Positions 36,819-46,396 of a stretch of 64,000 nt of DNA are shown in pieces; positions within the stretch are counted from its first letter, which is position 1, and every line of letters begins with the position of its first letter. The notes beneath the pieces were generated by a model. That model saw only the letters and a list, made by a program, of their open reading frames with translations, had not been told where the DNA came from and ran no database searches. The position numbers and the translations under genes were made by a program. Source of the DNA: a virus; IMG/VR virus record IMGVR_UViG_3300027863_000019, positions 91,616 to 155,615 of that record. One strand, written 5' to 3'.

Positions 36819-38534
36819 TTGATAAATAGATTTTATGATGACTACACTTGCAAAGCAGTATATCGATTTGAAACCGACGCAATCAATGTCGATTCTCAAC
36901 ATACCAATCATCTCGTAAATTCCGGCGTTACAAACAATCTTACTGACTATCAAGAAGGTTATGCCTCCGCTCAATTTAATGGTAGCGCGAGGTTTTCGCT
37001 TGCGGATACGAGCCTCTCCGCTGGATTCCCTTTAAAGTGGATTGAAAATCCTGTTGATCGTGAAGAGAACCCATCTATCATTTCGGCAGCATTCTGGATC
37101 AAGTTTACCGATGTAATTGGAATGCAGGCGATTGTTGCAAAACACGATCCAACGAATGATGCTCGTTGTTGGATGATCTATGTCGATTCTGGAGTTCTTA
37201 AAGTAGCTTGGGGTATCAATGGAGGTATTGATCAAAAGACTATTTCATCACAAACTACTTTAGTTGCAAATAGGTGGTACCATATTGGGGTATCATGTTC
37301 GAGCGTCGAATTGTTATGCCAGTTTTATATTTGGGATTCAGTTGTTGGCAATATCATTTGCAATAAGTTGTATCAAGCCTTAAACGATCCCATGACAACC
37401 TGTACCGCCGACTTTACTATTGGTTCAGACCATGCAGGAGATTATAAACTTTCGGCAACTCTTGATGAGCTTGTTATCTTCAATACGTATAAGAAACCGA
37501 ATGAATACGATCAAATCCGTAAACAAGAGTATGTCGGTCCTCTAAAGAATAGTTTAATTGATGACCCTTCATGTAAAGCTTGGTTTGATTTTGAACCTGA
37601 TCAGATGTTATTTGATTGGCAGAATGGTCACGTTCTAACCGATGTTAATACTATCTCTCCAAGTCAAACCTTTTTCAAGTGCAATAAGCAGGCTGTTTAT
37701 TTTAATAAGATAAATAAAGAGTATGCTTATATTTCGGATTCATCCCTTCAATCTGGATTCCCATTAAAGCTTAATGATTCTGATTGTGCATTTACATTTG
37801 CATTCTGGGTGCGTTTAGATGATGATATAGGTGGAACTATTGTTAGTAAGTCTGCAAATACTAATGGGCAGAAGAGTCTTGTACTTTATTTTTCGGGAAC
37901 TACCTTCCAAGTTCGATGGGGATATGGAACCGACTTTCAAACGTTTAGTACAATTCACTTTACGACTCACCGTTGGTATCATGTTGCCGTTGCAGGGCAT
38001 GGAACTCAAAAGATTCTCACTATTCGAATTTGGGATGACGTTCAACAGTCAGTAGTGTATTTTAATCTACTTCACCCAACGAATAGTTTAATTGCTGGAG
38101 CTGGACCTTTTTCGATTGGATATCATTCAGGCGTGACTGAATACTTCGCGGGATGGTTAGATGAACTTTTAATTTTTAATCAACCTAAGTCTTTAGAAGA
38201 AACTGATTTGATGCGTAAAGGATTATACCATCGGCCTTTACTTTACGCATGTGTTGAATCGGTTTGTGCTCAGCCAACTTATTGGCTACCTGATGGTCTC
38301 AAAGTTGTTTCTGTAGGAGTTCAACCAACTTTTATACCAGTCGCAATGGTAAAGACCTGTGCTTGTGGTATGATGGTTCAGTACTACGCTACGAATCGAT
38401 TCACGGCAAACAATATGCATTTAGATCCTGATTGTGTCGCTGCGTACAGTTTTGAATCTGGTTCAATGTTTTTAAGTGACTCAATTGGTGGGAATGATTT
38501 AACCGACCATGGAACGATTGATCCAGTACAATAA
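36819..38534 (+). CDS. LamG/concanavalin A-like tandem-domain tail protein (2 full modules + start of a third)
   Basis: C.A.Y.FE...DS...N.L ... GFPLK ... FW ... RWYH ... F.IG ... LDEL.IFN twice; ends in a partial module (…SDSIGGNDLTDHGTIDPVQ*). Confidence 0.8.
   Translation: MINRFYDDYTCKAVYRFETDAINVDSQHTNHLVNSGVTNNLTDYQEGYASAQFNGSARFSLADTSLSAGFPLKWIENPVDREENPSIISAAFWIKFTDVIGMQAIVAKHDPTNDARCWMIYVDSGVLKVAWGINGGIDQKTISSQTTLVANRWYHIGVSCSSVELLCQFYIWDSVVGNIICNKLYQALNDPMTTCTADFTIGSDHAGDYKLSATLDELVIFNTYKKPNEYDQIRKQEYVGPLKNSLIDDPSCKAWFDFEPDQMLFDWQNGHVLTDVNTISPSQTFFKCNKQAVYFNKINKEYAYISDSSLQSGFPLKLNDSDCAFTFAFWVRLDDDIGGTIVSKSANTNGQKSLVLYFSGTTFQVRWGYGTDFQTFSTIHFTTHRWYHVAVAGHGTQKILTIRIWDDVQQSVVYFNLLHPTNSLIAGAGPFSIGYHSGVTEYFAGWLDELLIFNQPKSLEETDLMRKGLYHRPLLYACVESVCAQPTYWLPDGLKVVSVGVQPTFIPVAMVKTCACGMMVQYYATNRFTANNMHLDPDCVAAYSFESGSMFLSDSIGGNDLTDHGTIDPVQ
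38520..38532 (+). repeat. Left junction repeat GATCCAGTACAAT
   Basis: Matches 41468-41481 (GATCCAAGTACAAT) with a single 1-nt indel; both GAT CCA are in frame. Confidence 0.7.
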
Positions 38535-38584
38535 ATTAATAGAAGGTGTTTCGTATTTTCAAGGAGTGAGTGGCTATATAATCT

Positions 38585-41500
38585 ATGAGCACAACATTCA
38601 AAAAGTATTGGTTTCGCGGCAAGCCACTCAAGCAACTCCAACCTAATTCTAAGTTCTTTAAGTATTGGCTCAACGGCTCGCCCTTTGATTGTTTTTATCA
38701 GTTGGGTGGGCCGCCCCAAATTGTAACTCTTTCTGAAACTCTACATCTAACATTAACGCAATATGCTCCAACGATTAACTTTGGATATTGCGTTACGCCT
38801 TCCTGCTTACACCTAACGTTAACTCAATATGCCCCCGCTTGCTCTGCTGGAACTGTTGATGGAGCAAATGTCGAGGCGTTAGATGTTCGAGTCATTTATT
38901 CAGAACCTGAGCAACTCAACGTTGAAGCTGTAGATGTTCGAGTCATTTATTCAGAACCTGAGCAACTCAACGTTGAAGCTGTAGATGTTCGAGTCATATA
39001 CGCTGTAGAGAATGTTAAAGTTTCGCAAGTTATTGGTCAGGTTGAATATAATGTAGCGTGTACTTGTTATCCTGAGACCCTACACCTTACATTTATTTTA
39101 CATGGCTTGCCAACTGTTGTTGCAATATCAACGACTTTAAGTTTAACTTTTACATCTCACGAGCCGACCTTCTTTGCTTCTGCTCACGTAGCTGTTGAGA
39201 CTCTTCACTTAACGTTTGCTCAATATGCTCCCGATGTACCATCTACGATGGTACTCACGATGTCAACGCTTCATCTGTCGCTTGTTCAGCACCCTGTCTC
39301 GGTTCAATGCGAATGTAAAATAACGCCAGAATTACGGTCACTTAATTTAACCCTGTATACTCCATTAGTTTTAATTGGGGCCAAGCTCTCTGAGACGCTA
39401 CACGCGGTTTTAAGCCTATATTCTCCGACTATTAAAACCGGATGGACAGTAGCAATATTGTTCGCACAACATCTCGCTGTCAATCAATATGCACCAACGA
39501 TTAAGTTTGGTTGCAGATATATCATTTCAGCTGTCCAAAGTTTAACGCTTACACTTCATGAGCCGACCATTAAATCGGGAGTTTTTCTTCCTGAAACTCT
39601 ACGTCTAACATTAACACAATATGCTCCAACGATTAACTTTGGATATCGCGTAACGACTATAGTCCAGCATTTAACGTTAGCACATCATGCTCCAACGATT
39701 AAGTTTGGAAGTAATCAACTTGTCGGACTTCAATCGTTAACGCTTTCGTTGCATGATCCAATAATTAGTACTGGAGTTTATCTCCAAGAAACTCTACACC
39801 TAACACTAGCTCAATCTAATCCAACAATTAAATATGATTATGTTGTTGCCTTATCGACTGCTCAACACTTAACGCTAGCTCTATATGCTCCTACATTAAG
39901 AGCCTCACAATCTATTTCTGTTGGACTACAATCATTAACGTTAACGTTACATGATCCAACAATTAACATTGGTGTTCGGATCTATGAAACTGTTCATTTA
40001 ACGTTAGCTCAATATGCTCCAACAGCTAAGTTTGGATACGTTGTTGCAATTTCGGTTGCATTTCACTTAACGTTAAACAAGTATAGTCCATCTATTAAAA
40101 CAGATCAACACTTAGCGTTAAGTACAACTCAATCGTTAACATTAACGTTACATGAACCTTATATTCAAATTGGTGCTTGTGTTCATGAAACTCTTGGCTT
40201 AACCTTCGCGTTACATAAACCAACTATTGATTTTAGTTATATCGTAGTTCCTTCTACTTTACATTTAGTACTTACTCAATACGCTCCAACTATTAAGTTT
40301 GGTTTTACTATTCCTGTTGGATTACAATCATTAACGTTATCATTACATAATCCAGTTATCAATACTGGTGTTACTTTATATGATACGTTACATTTGAGTC
40401 TCGCTCAATACTCACCAACACTTAAGTATGGATATACTGTAGCACTCTCGACGCTTCATTTAACGTTAAACAAGTATGCTCCGACAATTAAGTTTGGATA
40501 TATTGTTCCAATTGACTTACAATCATTAACGTTAACGTTACATGATCCAACAATTAACATTGGTGTTCGGATCTATGAAACTGTTCATTTAAGTTTAAGT
40601 CAACGCGCTCCATCAATTTTCTATAGTTATGCAGTTGTACCTTCAACTGTCCACTTAGTGAGTGCACTGCACGCTCCCTTCATTCAAACAGATCAACACT
40701 TATCATTGAGTCAAGTCTTACATGCTACGCTTTCACTAAGTGATCCTGACGTTATTAGTGGTGTACGTATTTATGAAACACTGCATCTAGTTGGTACTCT
40801 TTACGCTCCGACGATTAACTTTGATTATGAAGTTGATCTTGCGACGGTTCAACATTTAAAGTTAGCATTATATAGCCCGACAATTTGCTTTGACTATGCC
40901 GTACCGCTCGATCTACAATCACTAACGTTTACAGCTCCAGATGTTCAAGTATGGACTGGTGTACGTTTGTTTGAGACTGTTCATTTAAGTTTAAGTCAAA
41001 GTGCTCCATCAATTTTCTATGGTTATACGGTTAAACCTTCAACAGTTCATTTACATTTCGCTTTAAAAGGTTTAACAATTCGTACTACTTGGACTGTTAG
41101 ATATCTCGCGCCTTGCCAACACTTATTACTTTCAGCACCTGATATTAATGTAACAACTGGTGCGACGATTCATGAAACATCAAACCTTTACTTGACTCAA
41201 TACAGCCCCGAAATTATAACGTTTGCGTTGATGGTTCCTAATACTCAATCATTAGTTGCAACGCTTCACGCACCACTCATTAAGATTTCACATGCGACTC
41301 AAGTTGAGACATTGTCATTAACTTTCACTAGCTACGACGCAGTGATCTTTATTGGTTCTAATATTAGAGAGTGCGCACACTTAACGTTCCATCAATATAC
41401 TGAAATTGATTTATTCTATGATTGGACTCAAGAGGTTGAAACCTTACATCTAACCTTTAGACTACACGATCCAAGTACAATTGGAATTCTACCGTTTTAT

Positions 41501-43507
41501 GAATACGATTTAGATCCATTACATAAGGAACGTGAATGGGCTTCAGAGTATACTCCAGGTGAAGCTACCTATGGAAGTAGACCTGGGTCTGCTTTAAGTT
41601 CGAACTTTCCATTGCGGAGTGATGACACTGATAAACAATTAACTGTTTGTTTCTGGCTACGTCTCAGAGATTCAGGTGGTTATCAACTTATATTTGCTAA
41701 AATGCAAGACGATGCAACCAATACTCCAGTAATTGGTCTTCAACGTCTGCACGGTCAATTAACTTTATTGTGGGCTTATAAAGAAAACGATGCTCAAGGA
41801 TGGCCAAGTCTTGACTTCAAGTTTTCACTCGTAAATGAGAGATGGTATCATATTGGTCTCGCAGTTGACGGTAAGAATAAAACTGTCTACATGCAAGTCT
41901 GGGATGACTACTTAAAAACAAAGCAAGCGGAAATCTGGAATGGTATCTATCAACCAACCATTAATAGCTCACTAGTTTGCGGCGATGGTTCATTCCAAAT
42001 TGGATACATGCATGGACTCTATGGTAAAGGTGAAATGTTCCTTGATGGTTATCTCGATGAGTTTCTTGTATTTAATAAACTTAAATCGCCATTTGAAATG
42101 GATCAAATTCGCAAAGGTACCTTCCGTGGACAAGAGGGCGGCCAGACTGTAGGCGACTTTGGATTGACAACAGCTTATGATCCGCAAGGAAAGATAACTG
42201 TCTATGATTATGCCACGATGGCAGCTTACAGTCCAAGTGGTAAAATTACCGTTGCTGACTTTGGAGTTTCAATTGGTTACAAAGTTCCTATTGAACTTCC
42301 CCCCGGGTTATTTCCAGTGATTTCTGGATTCCCATCTCAAAACACTGGTTCGGGGTCATACGTGTTTTGTAACTTAAAGTATAAATTTAAGAGTGATATC
42401 TCTTCGTTCGATTGGCAAACCAATAGAGAGTCTCGTTTTTCTGAGTATACTTATCCGATTAGGGAACTTGAAACTGAGATTGGTGTTGCTGATGAGTCTG
42501 CATTCCTGAGAGTTTGGGAGACCTTACAGTCAGGCGTGACGATTTACTCGGTACCTATTTGGGGACTGCGCACTGAACTAACTCGTAATGCACATGCTGG
42601 ATATACTGAATTCGTTGTGGATGACGTGTCAAATCTTTACGTTGGTGAGAAGGTTTTATTAGTGAGAGCTAATGATGCTGATCTTTATGATCTCTGTGAC
42701 ATAACGAGTATCGCTGGAAATACTGTTCATGTTGAATTGCCATTGACTCGACACTATCATAAATATCAAATGATTACAAATGATGTCTGGTATGATGAGC
42801 GAAGTGCTTATGTTGTACCATGCTTAACCGGATTCATTGATACTGAGGATCTTGAACTACATGGCACTGGAAAGTCAACCTTCTTTGTTAAGGCTAAAGT
42901 TAATGGTGGAGCCTGGACTCATATGGGAAACCCAGAGATGCCAGCCAAAGTTCCTGTTCCTGCTGAGGCTAGTTATATAAGTCCAAAGATGGAGAGAGTT
43001 GCTTTAGGAACTGAGAATGGTATTCTTTCTTTAATGTCATCTCTTTCAACCGGAAAGCTCGCCTTCCAGGTTGAATGGTACTGCCATAACGCTGCTGATT
43101 GGAAAACCGTTCGAGACTTCTTCTTGGCTGCTCGCGGAAAGTATTTAGCCTTCTACTTTCCAACGTATTGCTTTGAACTTAGAGCAATCCAAAGTAGCTC
43201 CATCGGTCAAACAGTAATTAGATTGACTAAAGGGTTTAGTGCTCTATGGCAACGATTCCCAAGGCTTTATGTCTTTCCAATTCAAGGCGGAGATCCTTTT
43301 CCAATTCAAATCACCGGTTGTCACATTGAAGGTGCTCCAGATTTTGTTGAAAGTTTTACTTGTGAACCTTTGACTGGTAACCTCACAGCTGGAGACAAAA
43401 TTAGTTTATATCCGTTAGTTAGATTTATTGAGGATGAATTGGTGTTTGAGTTCCTTTACTATAATGAATGCAAAATAAAAGCTTCGTTCATCGAAATTTT
43501 AGGATAA
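38585..43507 (+). CDS. Chimeric tail fibre protein: ~39 beta-strand repeats + C-terminal part of a LamG module + Dit-like domain
   Basis: 21-23-aa (E/S)T/Q-(L/H/S)-L-T-L-xxx-x-P repeats to aa ~963, then LSSNFPLRSDD..CFW..RWYH..LDEFLVFN, then FFLAARGKY.AF.FPT ... VRFIEDEL (DUF2460/Dit-like). Confidence 0.75.
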   Translation: MSTTFKKYWFRGKPLKQLQPNSKFFKYWLNGSPFDCFYQLGGPPQIVTLSETLHLTLTQYAPTINFGYCVTPSCLHLTLTQYAPACSAGTVDGANVEALDVRVIYSEPEQLNVEAVDVRVIYSEPEQLNVEAVDVRVIYAVENVKVSQVIGQVEYNVACTCYPETLHLTFILHGLPTVVAISTTLSLTFTSHEPTFFASAHVAVETLHLTFAQYAPDVPSTMVLTMSTLHLSLVQHPVSVQCECKITPELRSLNLTLYTPLVLIGAKLSETLHAVLSLYSPTIKTGWTVAILFAQHLAVNQYAPTIKFGCRYIISAVQSLTLTLHEPTIKSGVFLPETLRLTLTQYAPTINFGYRVTTIVQHLTLAHHAPTIKFGSNQLVGLQSLTLSLHDPIISTGVYLQETLHLTLAQSNPTIKYDYVVALSTAQHLTLALYAPTLRASQSISVGLQSLTLTLHDPTINIGVRIYETVHLTLAQYAPTAKFGYVVAISVAFHLTLNKYSPSIKTDQHLALSTTQSLTLTLHEPYIQIGACVHETLGLTFALHKPTIDFSYIVVPSTLHLVLTQYAPTIKFGFTIPVGLQSLTLSLHNPVINTGVTLYDTLHLSLAQYSPTLKYGYTVALSTLHLTLNKYAPTIKFGYIVPIDLQSLTLTLHDPTINIGVRIYETVHLSLSQRAPSIFYSYAVVPSTVHLVSALHAPFIQTDQHLSLSQVLHATLSLSDPDVISGVRIYETLHLVGTLYAPTINFDYEVDLATVQHLKLALYSPTICFDYAVPLDLQSLTFTAPDVQVWTGVRLFETVHLSLSQSAPSIFYGYTVKPSTVHLHFALKGLTIRTTWTVRYLAPCQHLLLSAPDINVTTGATIHETSNLYLTQYSPEIITFALMVPNTQSLVATLHAPLIKISHATQVETLSLTFTSYDAVIFIGSNIRECAHLTFHQYTEIDLFYDWTQEVETLHLTFRLHDPSTIGILPFYEYDLDPLHKEREWASEYTPGEATYGSRPGSALSSNFPLRSDDTDKQLTVCFWLRLRDSGGYQLIFAKMQDDATNTPVIGLQRLHGQLTLLWAYKENDAQGWPSLDFKFSLVNERWYHIGLAVDGKNKTVYMQVWDDYLKTKQAEIWNGIYQPTINSSLVCGDGSFQIGYMHGLYGKGEMFLDGYLDEFLVFNKLKSPFEMDQIRKGTFRGQEGGQTVGDFGLTTAYDPQGKITVYDYATMAAYSPSGKITVADFGVSIGYKVPIELPPGLFPVISGFPSQNTGSGSYVFCNLKYKFKSDISSFDWQTNRESRFSEYTYPIRELETEIGVADESAFLRVWETLQSGVTIYSVPIWGLRTELTRNAHAGYTEFVVDDVSNLYVGEKVLLVRANDADLYDLCDITSIAGNTVHVELPLTRHYHKYQMITNDVWYDERSAYVVPCLTGFIDTEDLELHGTGKSTFFVKAKVNGGAWTHMGNPEMPAKVPVPAEASYISPKMERVALGTENGILSLMSSLSTGKLAFQVEWYCHNAADWKTVRDFFLAARGKYLAFYFPTYCFELRAIQSSSIGQTVIRLTKGFSALWQRFPRLYVFPIQGGDPFPIQITGCHIEGAPDFVESFTCEPLTGNLTAGDKISLYPLVRFIEDELVFEFLYYNECKIKASFIEILG
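38880..38997 (+). repeat. Perfect 51-nt tandem repeat (2.3 copies) encoding DVRVIYSEPEQLNVEAV
   Basis: TAGATGTTCGAGTCATTTATTCAGAACCTGAGCAACTCAACGTTGAAGCTG at 38880 and 38931, partial at 38982. Confidence 0.95.
41468..41481 (+). repeat. Right junction repeat GATCCAAGTACAAT
   Basis: Sits exactly where the fibre repeats end and the LamG C-terminal part begins; a second similar site (ACGATTtaGATCCA) is at 41505-41518. Confidence 0.7.
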
Positions 43508-43508
43508 A

Positions 43509-43657
43509 ATGATTCACTCTGGAATTTACATTATTGAAAATTTGATAAAACAAAAAAGGAAAAAGGTTTGCGTGCTGGATCCAAAAATTCAATGTACGGA
43601 CGAACCCATTCAGAAGAAACAAGAAGAAAAATTAGTGAAGCGAAAAAAAAAAAGTAA
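43509..43657 (+). pseudogene. GIY-YIG/NUMOD3 homing endonuclease remnant
   Basis: MIHSGIYIIENLIK, then a frameshift into NSMYGRTHSEETRRKISEAKKK (NUMOD3); catalytic core deleted. Confidence 0.75.
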
Positions 43658-43685
43658 AGGCATCCTTTATTGAGGTATTGGATTA

Positions 43686-44843
43686 ATGGCAATTCTTTTA
43701 TGGGGAGTTCCAACTGGTGATGACTTCACTTGGGATATGACCTACAAGTTTAAAACCGAGGAATGCACTCTTGATGCGACGGGAGCAACGACTGCGTTTG
43801 CGACCTACTCACATCCAACTCGAGAGATTAAGTTTGCACTTGGTGCTACTCGCGATGAAGCTTATGATAGATTATCCGCCTTTCTTCGTGCAGGTGCTGA
43901 CTTTGTAACTGTTCCTTTATGGTTTCTTAGAACTTCTCTCATGGACGCAGCCTACGCTGGAAGTCAAGAATTTTTAGTTAGCGATACCTCAGAACTATTT
44001 CCCGGAGATCAAGCTCTATTAATGAAGGCTAATCAACCCGCTACAGCAGAACTCATCACGATTTCTGCAATAGCAGGTTCAACCGTTTACACCACAACCC
44101 CTATCACAAACTACTATAGTCCAACCTTCTTTGATTTGATGTCTGTTTACAATACATCCTTCGCATATTTTATTCCAGTTCTCACTGGAATCTTGGACTA
44201 TGAGGGTTTGGACTTTATCGATGGCTTACCCGGCGTTGCTTTGAAAGCAAAGGTTGATGGAGGCGCTTGGAGTAACTATTCAATCCCAGCCTTACCAACT
44301 TTCAATGATGTAGCGATGGATGCAAAGTATAATTCTCCAAAGATGACTCGAGACTTACTTGGAGTAGATAATGGTGTCCTTGTTCTTTATCCTTATGGGA
44401 CTTCATCTAAACTCACCTTCGAGTGCACTTGGAACTTTAAAGACTCAAATTGGAAGACACTAAGAGATTTGTTTTTTGCAGCACATGGCAAAGCGGAAGT
44501 TTTTAATATTTCAACGTTCATGTACGAAGTAAGAACTACTCGTGGAGCGGACCAAGGATCTACAACGATTTTTCTTAATGCGAGTTATCAATACTTATAT
44601 AAACGTTTTCCTTTCTTAAAAGTCTATTCTCGAAGAACTGGTGATCAGTTTATAGTGCATGTAACAGATTATGTAATGGGGGAACAATTCACCTGTGATG
44701 CTTTACCTCATGAAGTTTATGATGGCGACTTAGTGTGCTTTTATCCATCCGTAAGATTCAATACAGATGAACTGACTTTTAGCTTTAAAGGTGTTAATAT
44801 GTGTACTGTGAAGGCAACGTTCGTTGAGGAGTGGCAAGATTAA
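43686..44843 (+). CDS. Distal-tail (Dit/DUF2460)-like protein, paralog of the C-terminus of 38585-43507
   Basis: Full-length similarity: YKFK, Y..P.RE, VP.W.LRT, KAKV.GGAW, SPKM.R..LG..NG.L, WKT.RD.F.AA.GK, VRF..DEL.F. Confidence 0.7.
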   Translation: MAILLWGVPTGDDFTWDMTYKFKTEECTLDATGATTAFATYSHPTREIKFALGATRDEAYDRLSAFLRAGADFVTVPLWFLRTSLMDAAYAGSQEFLVSDTSELFPGDQALLMKANQPATAELITISAIAGSTVYTTTPITNYYSPTFFDLMSVYNTSFAYFIPVLTGILDYEGLDFIDGLPGVALKAKVDGGAWSNYSIPALPTFNDVAMDAKYNSPKMTRDLLGVDNGVLVLYPYGTSSKLTFECTWNFKDSNWKTLRDLFFAAHGKAEVFNISTFMYEVRTTRGADQGSTTIFLNASYQYLYKRFPFLKVYSRRTGDQFIVHVTDYVMGEQFTCDALPHEVYDGDLVCFYPSVRFNTDELTFSFKGVNMCTVKATFVEEWQD

Positions 44844-45907
44844 TGGCAACAGTATATATGAATGGTTTTGAGTGGAGATCGTTCTACGAAAATATTTTAT
44901 CGTGGGATGGACTCAACACTGGAATTGTTAGCGCTTCTACAACGACTGGACGTGGACATACTACACAGCCTCGCTCGGGAAACTACTGCTTATGCATTTG
45001 GGGCTCTGATAGTTTTGTTAGGTGGCAAACTACTCCCCTGAATGAATTTTATATTCAAATCGCTGTGAAAATTAATAGTAGCTATGCGGAAAGTAACCTA
45101 TTAAGATGGACTTCACCTACTCCAAACATTTTAGGATGCCTCACATTTAATCCAACGAATCAAACAATGTCAGTTTGGACTGGAGATATGTCAACGCGTT
45201 TAGGAACTTCATCAACACAATTGTTATACGGGAAGTGGTATTTAATTGAAATTTATGTGAAGCTTGCTACATCAGGAGGAACTATTGAGTTACGAATTGA
45301 TGGTCAAACTCAATTTACCTTTACAGGAGCAACAACTCCGAACGATACTACAGCCGCCTTATTCTATCTTGTTGGAAACGTTAAGTCAAGTGGTTCCATC
45401 TATGCTGATGGAACCCATTTCTGGGCTGATGATGTTGTTATTAATGATACAACGGGTGACTTTAATAATTCGTGGCCAAACGGGTCGCAGATTGTTTTAT
45501 TAATGCCGAACGGTAAGGGTGACATTACTGAGTGGAGTAGAATTACTGGTCTAGATAATTACTATGACGTTGCACAACTTCCAGTTCTAGATCCTTCGAT
45601 GTATAACTATACCGAACATACAGCGATGAGAGATCTGTATCTATTACAAGACCTTCCTGATGATGCTTACGCCGTAGGTGCAGTTAGAGTAGATGCTTGG
45701 GCATTAAAGAACAGTGGTTCAGATATTATGCTCAAACTCGCTTTACTTACCGCAGGACTCACATTTTACTCATCGGATATGGAACTCGGAATTTCATATA
45801 ACTTATCCCAGTGGCTACATCAGCTTAATCCTGGGACGTGTGCTGCGTGGACTGTTGATGATGTTAAGTACTTGCAGGGAGGAATTAATTCGAACGTTCC
45901 TGAATAA
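44843..45907 (+). CDS. Tail adhesion jelly-roll protein, paralog 2 of 5
   Basis: YMNGFEW ... WYLIE ... DDVVINDTTGDFNNSWP ... RDLY; ATG 44843 overlaps the upstream stop. Confidence 0.65.
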   Translation: MATVYMNGFEWRSFYENILSWDGLNTGIVSASTTTGRGHTTQPRSGNYCLCIWGSDSFVRWQTTPLNEFYIQIAVKINSSYAESNLLRWTSPTPNILGCLTFNPTNQTMSVWTGDMSTRLGTSSTQLLYGKWYLIEIYVKLATSGGTIELRIDGQTQFTFTGATTPNDTTAALFYLVGNVKSSGSIYADGTHFWADDVVINDTTGDFNNSWPNGSQIVLLMPNGKGDITEWSRITGLDNYYDVAQLPVLDPSMYNYTEHTAMRDLYLLQDLPDDAYAVGAVRVDAWALKNSGSDIMLKLALLTAGLTFYSSDMELGISYNLSQWLHQLNPGTCAAWTVDDVKYLQGGINSNVPE

Positions 45908-45975
45908 CTGTTCAGGGATGTAAAATTTAAAACAATTTAATAGGTTGAACTCTCAAAAAACTTGGAGGAACTCAA

Positions 45976-46392
45976 ATGGCTTCAGTAATTTATGATGCAT
46001 TTAAACAAAAAGTAATGGACGCCGAGGCTGACCTGGATTCAGGAACGTTTTATGTTGCCTTGCTTTCTAACGCTTATTCACCAAACGCTAAGACTCATGC
46101 CGTTTGGAGTGATATCAGTGGGAGTGAAATCTCCGGCACAGGTTATGTTGCTGGTGGAACTCTGTTAGCGGGAATGACCGTTACATTGAATACAACCACT
46201 GATAAAGCTATCCTAAGTGCGAACAATGTAACGTGGCCGAATAGTACGATTACCGCGAGGTATTGTGCTATTTATAAGTATACTGCTCCTCAATGGCTTG
46301 TATGTGCATTTGACTTTGGAGCGGATAAAGCGTCTAACAATGGTGACTTTACCATTCAATGGAATGCTTCGGGGATTTTAGACCTAACTTAA
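45976..46392 (+). CDS. Small abundant-type virion fibre subunit (138 aa)
   Basis: Strong GGAGG RBS; VALL...EISGTGYVAGG..L...W..STITARY..IY...DFG.D...GDFTIQWNASGI pattern seen in phage structural proteins. Confidence 0.6.
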   Translation: MASVIYDAFKQKVMDAEADLDSGTFYVALLSNAYSPNAKTHAVWSDISGSEISGTGYVAGGTLLAGMTVTLNTTTDKAILSANNVTWPNSTITARYCAIYKYTAPQWLVCAFDFGADKASNNGDFTIQWNASGILDLT

Positions 46393-46396
46393 AGAG

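Noticed and set aside
38880-38997. CRISPR-like array
   Set aside because: Head-to-tail 51-nt coding repeat with no unique spacers and no cas genes.
38732-40591. Diversity-generating retroelement TR/VR pairs among near-identical fibre repeats
   Set aside because: No reverse transcriptase in the window; copies are identical or differ in both directions rather than only at template adenines; both copies are internal coding repeats.
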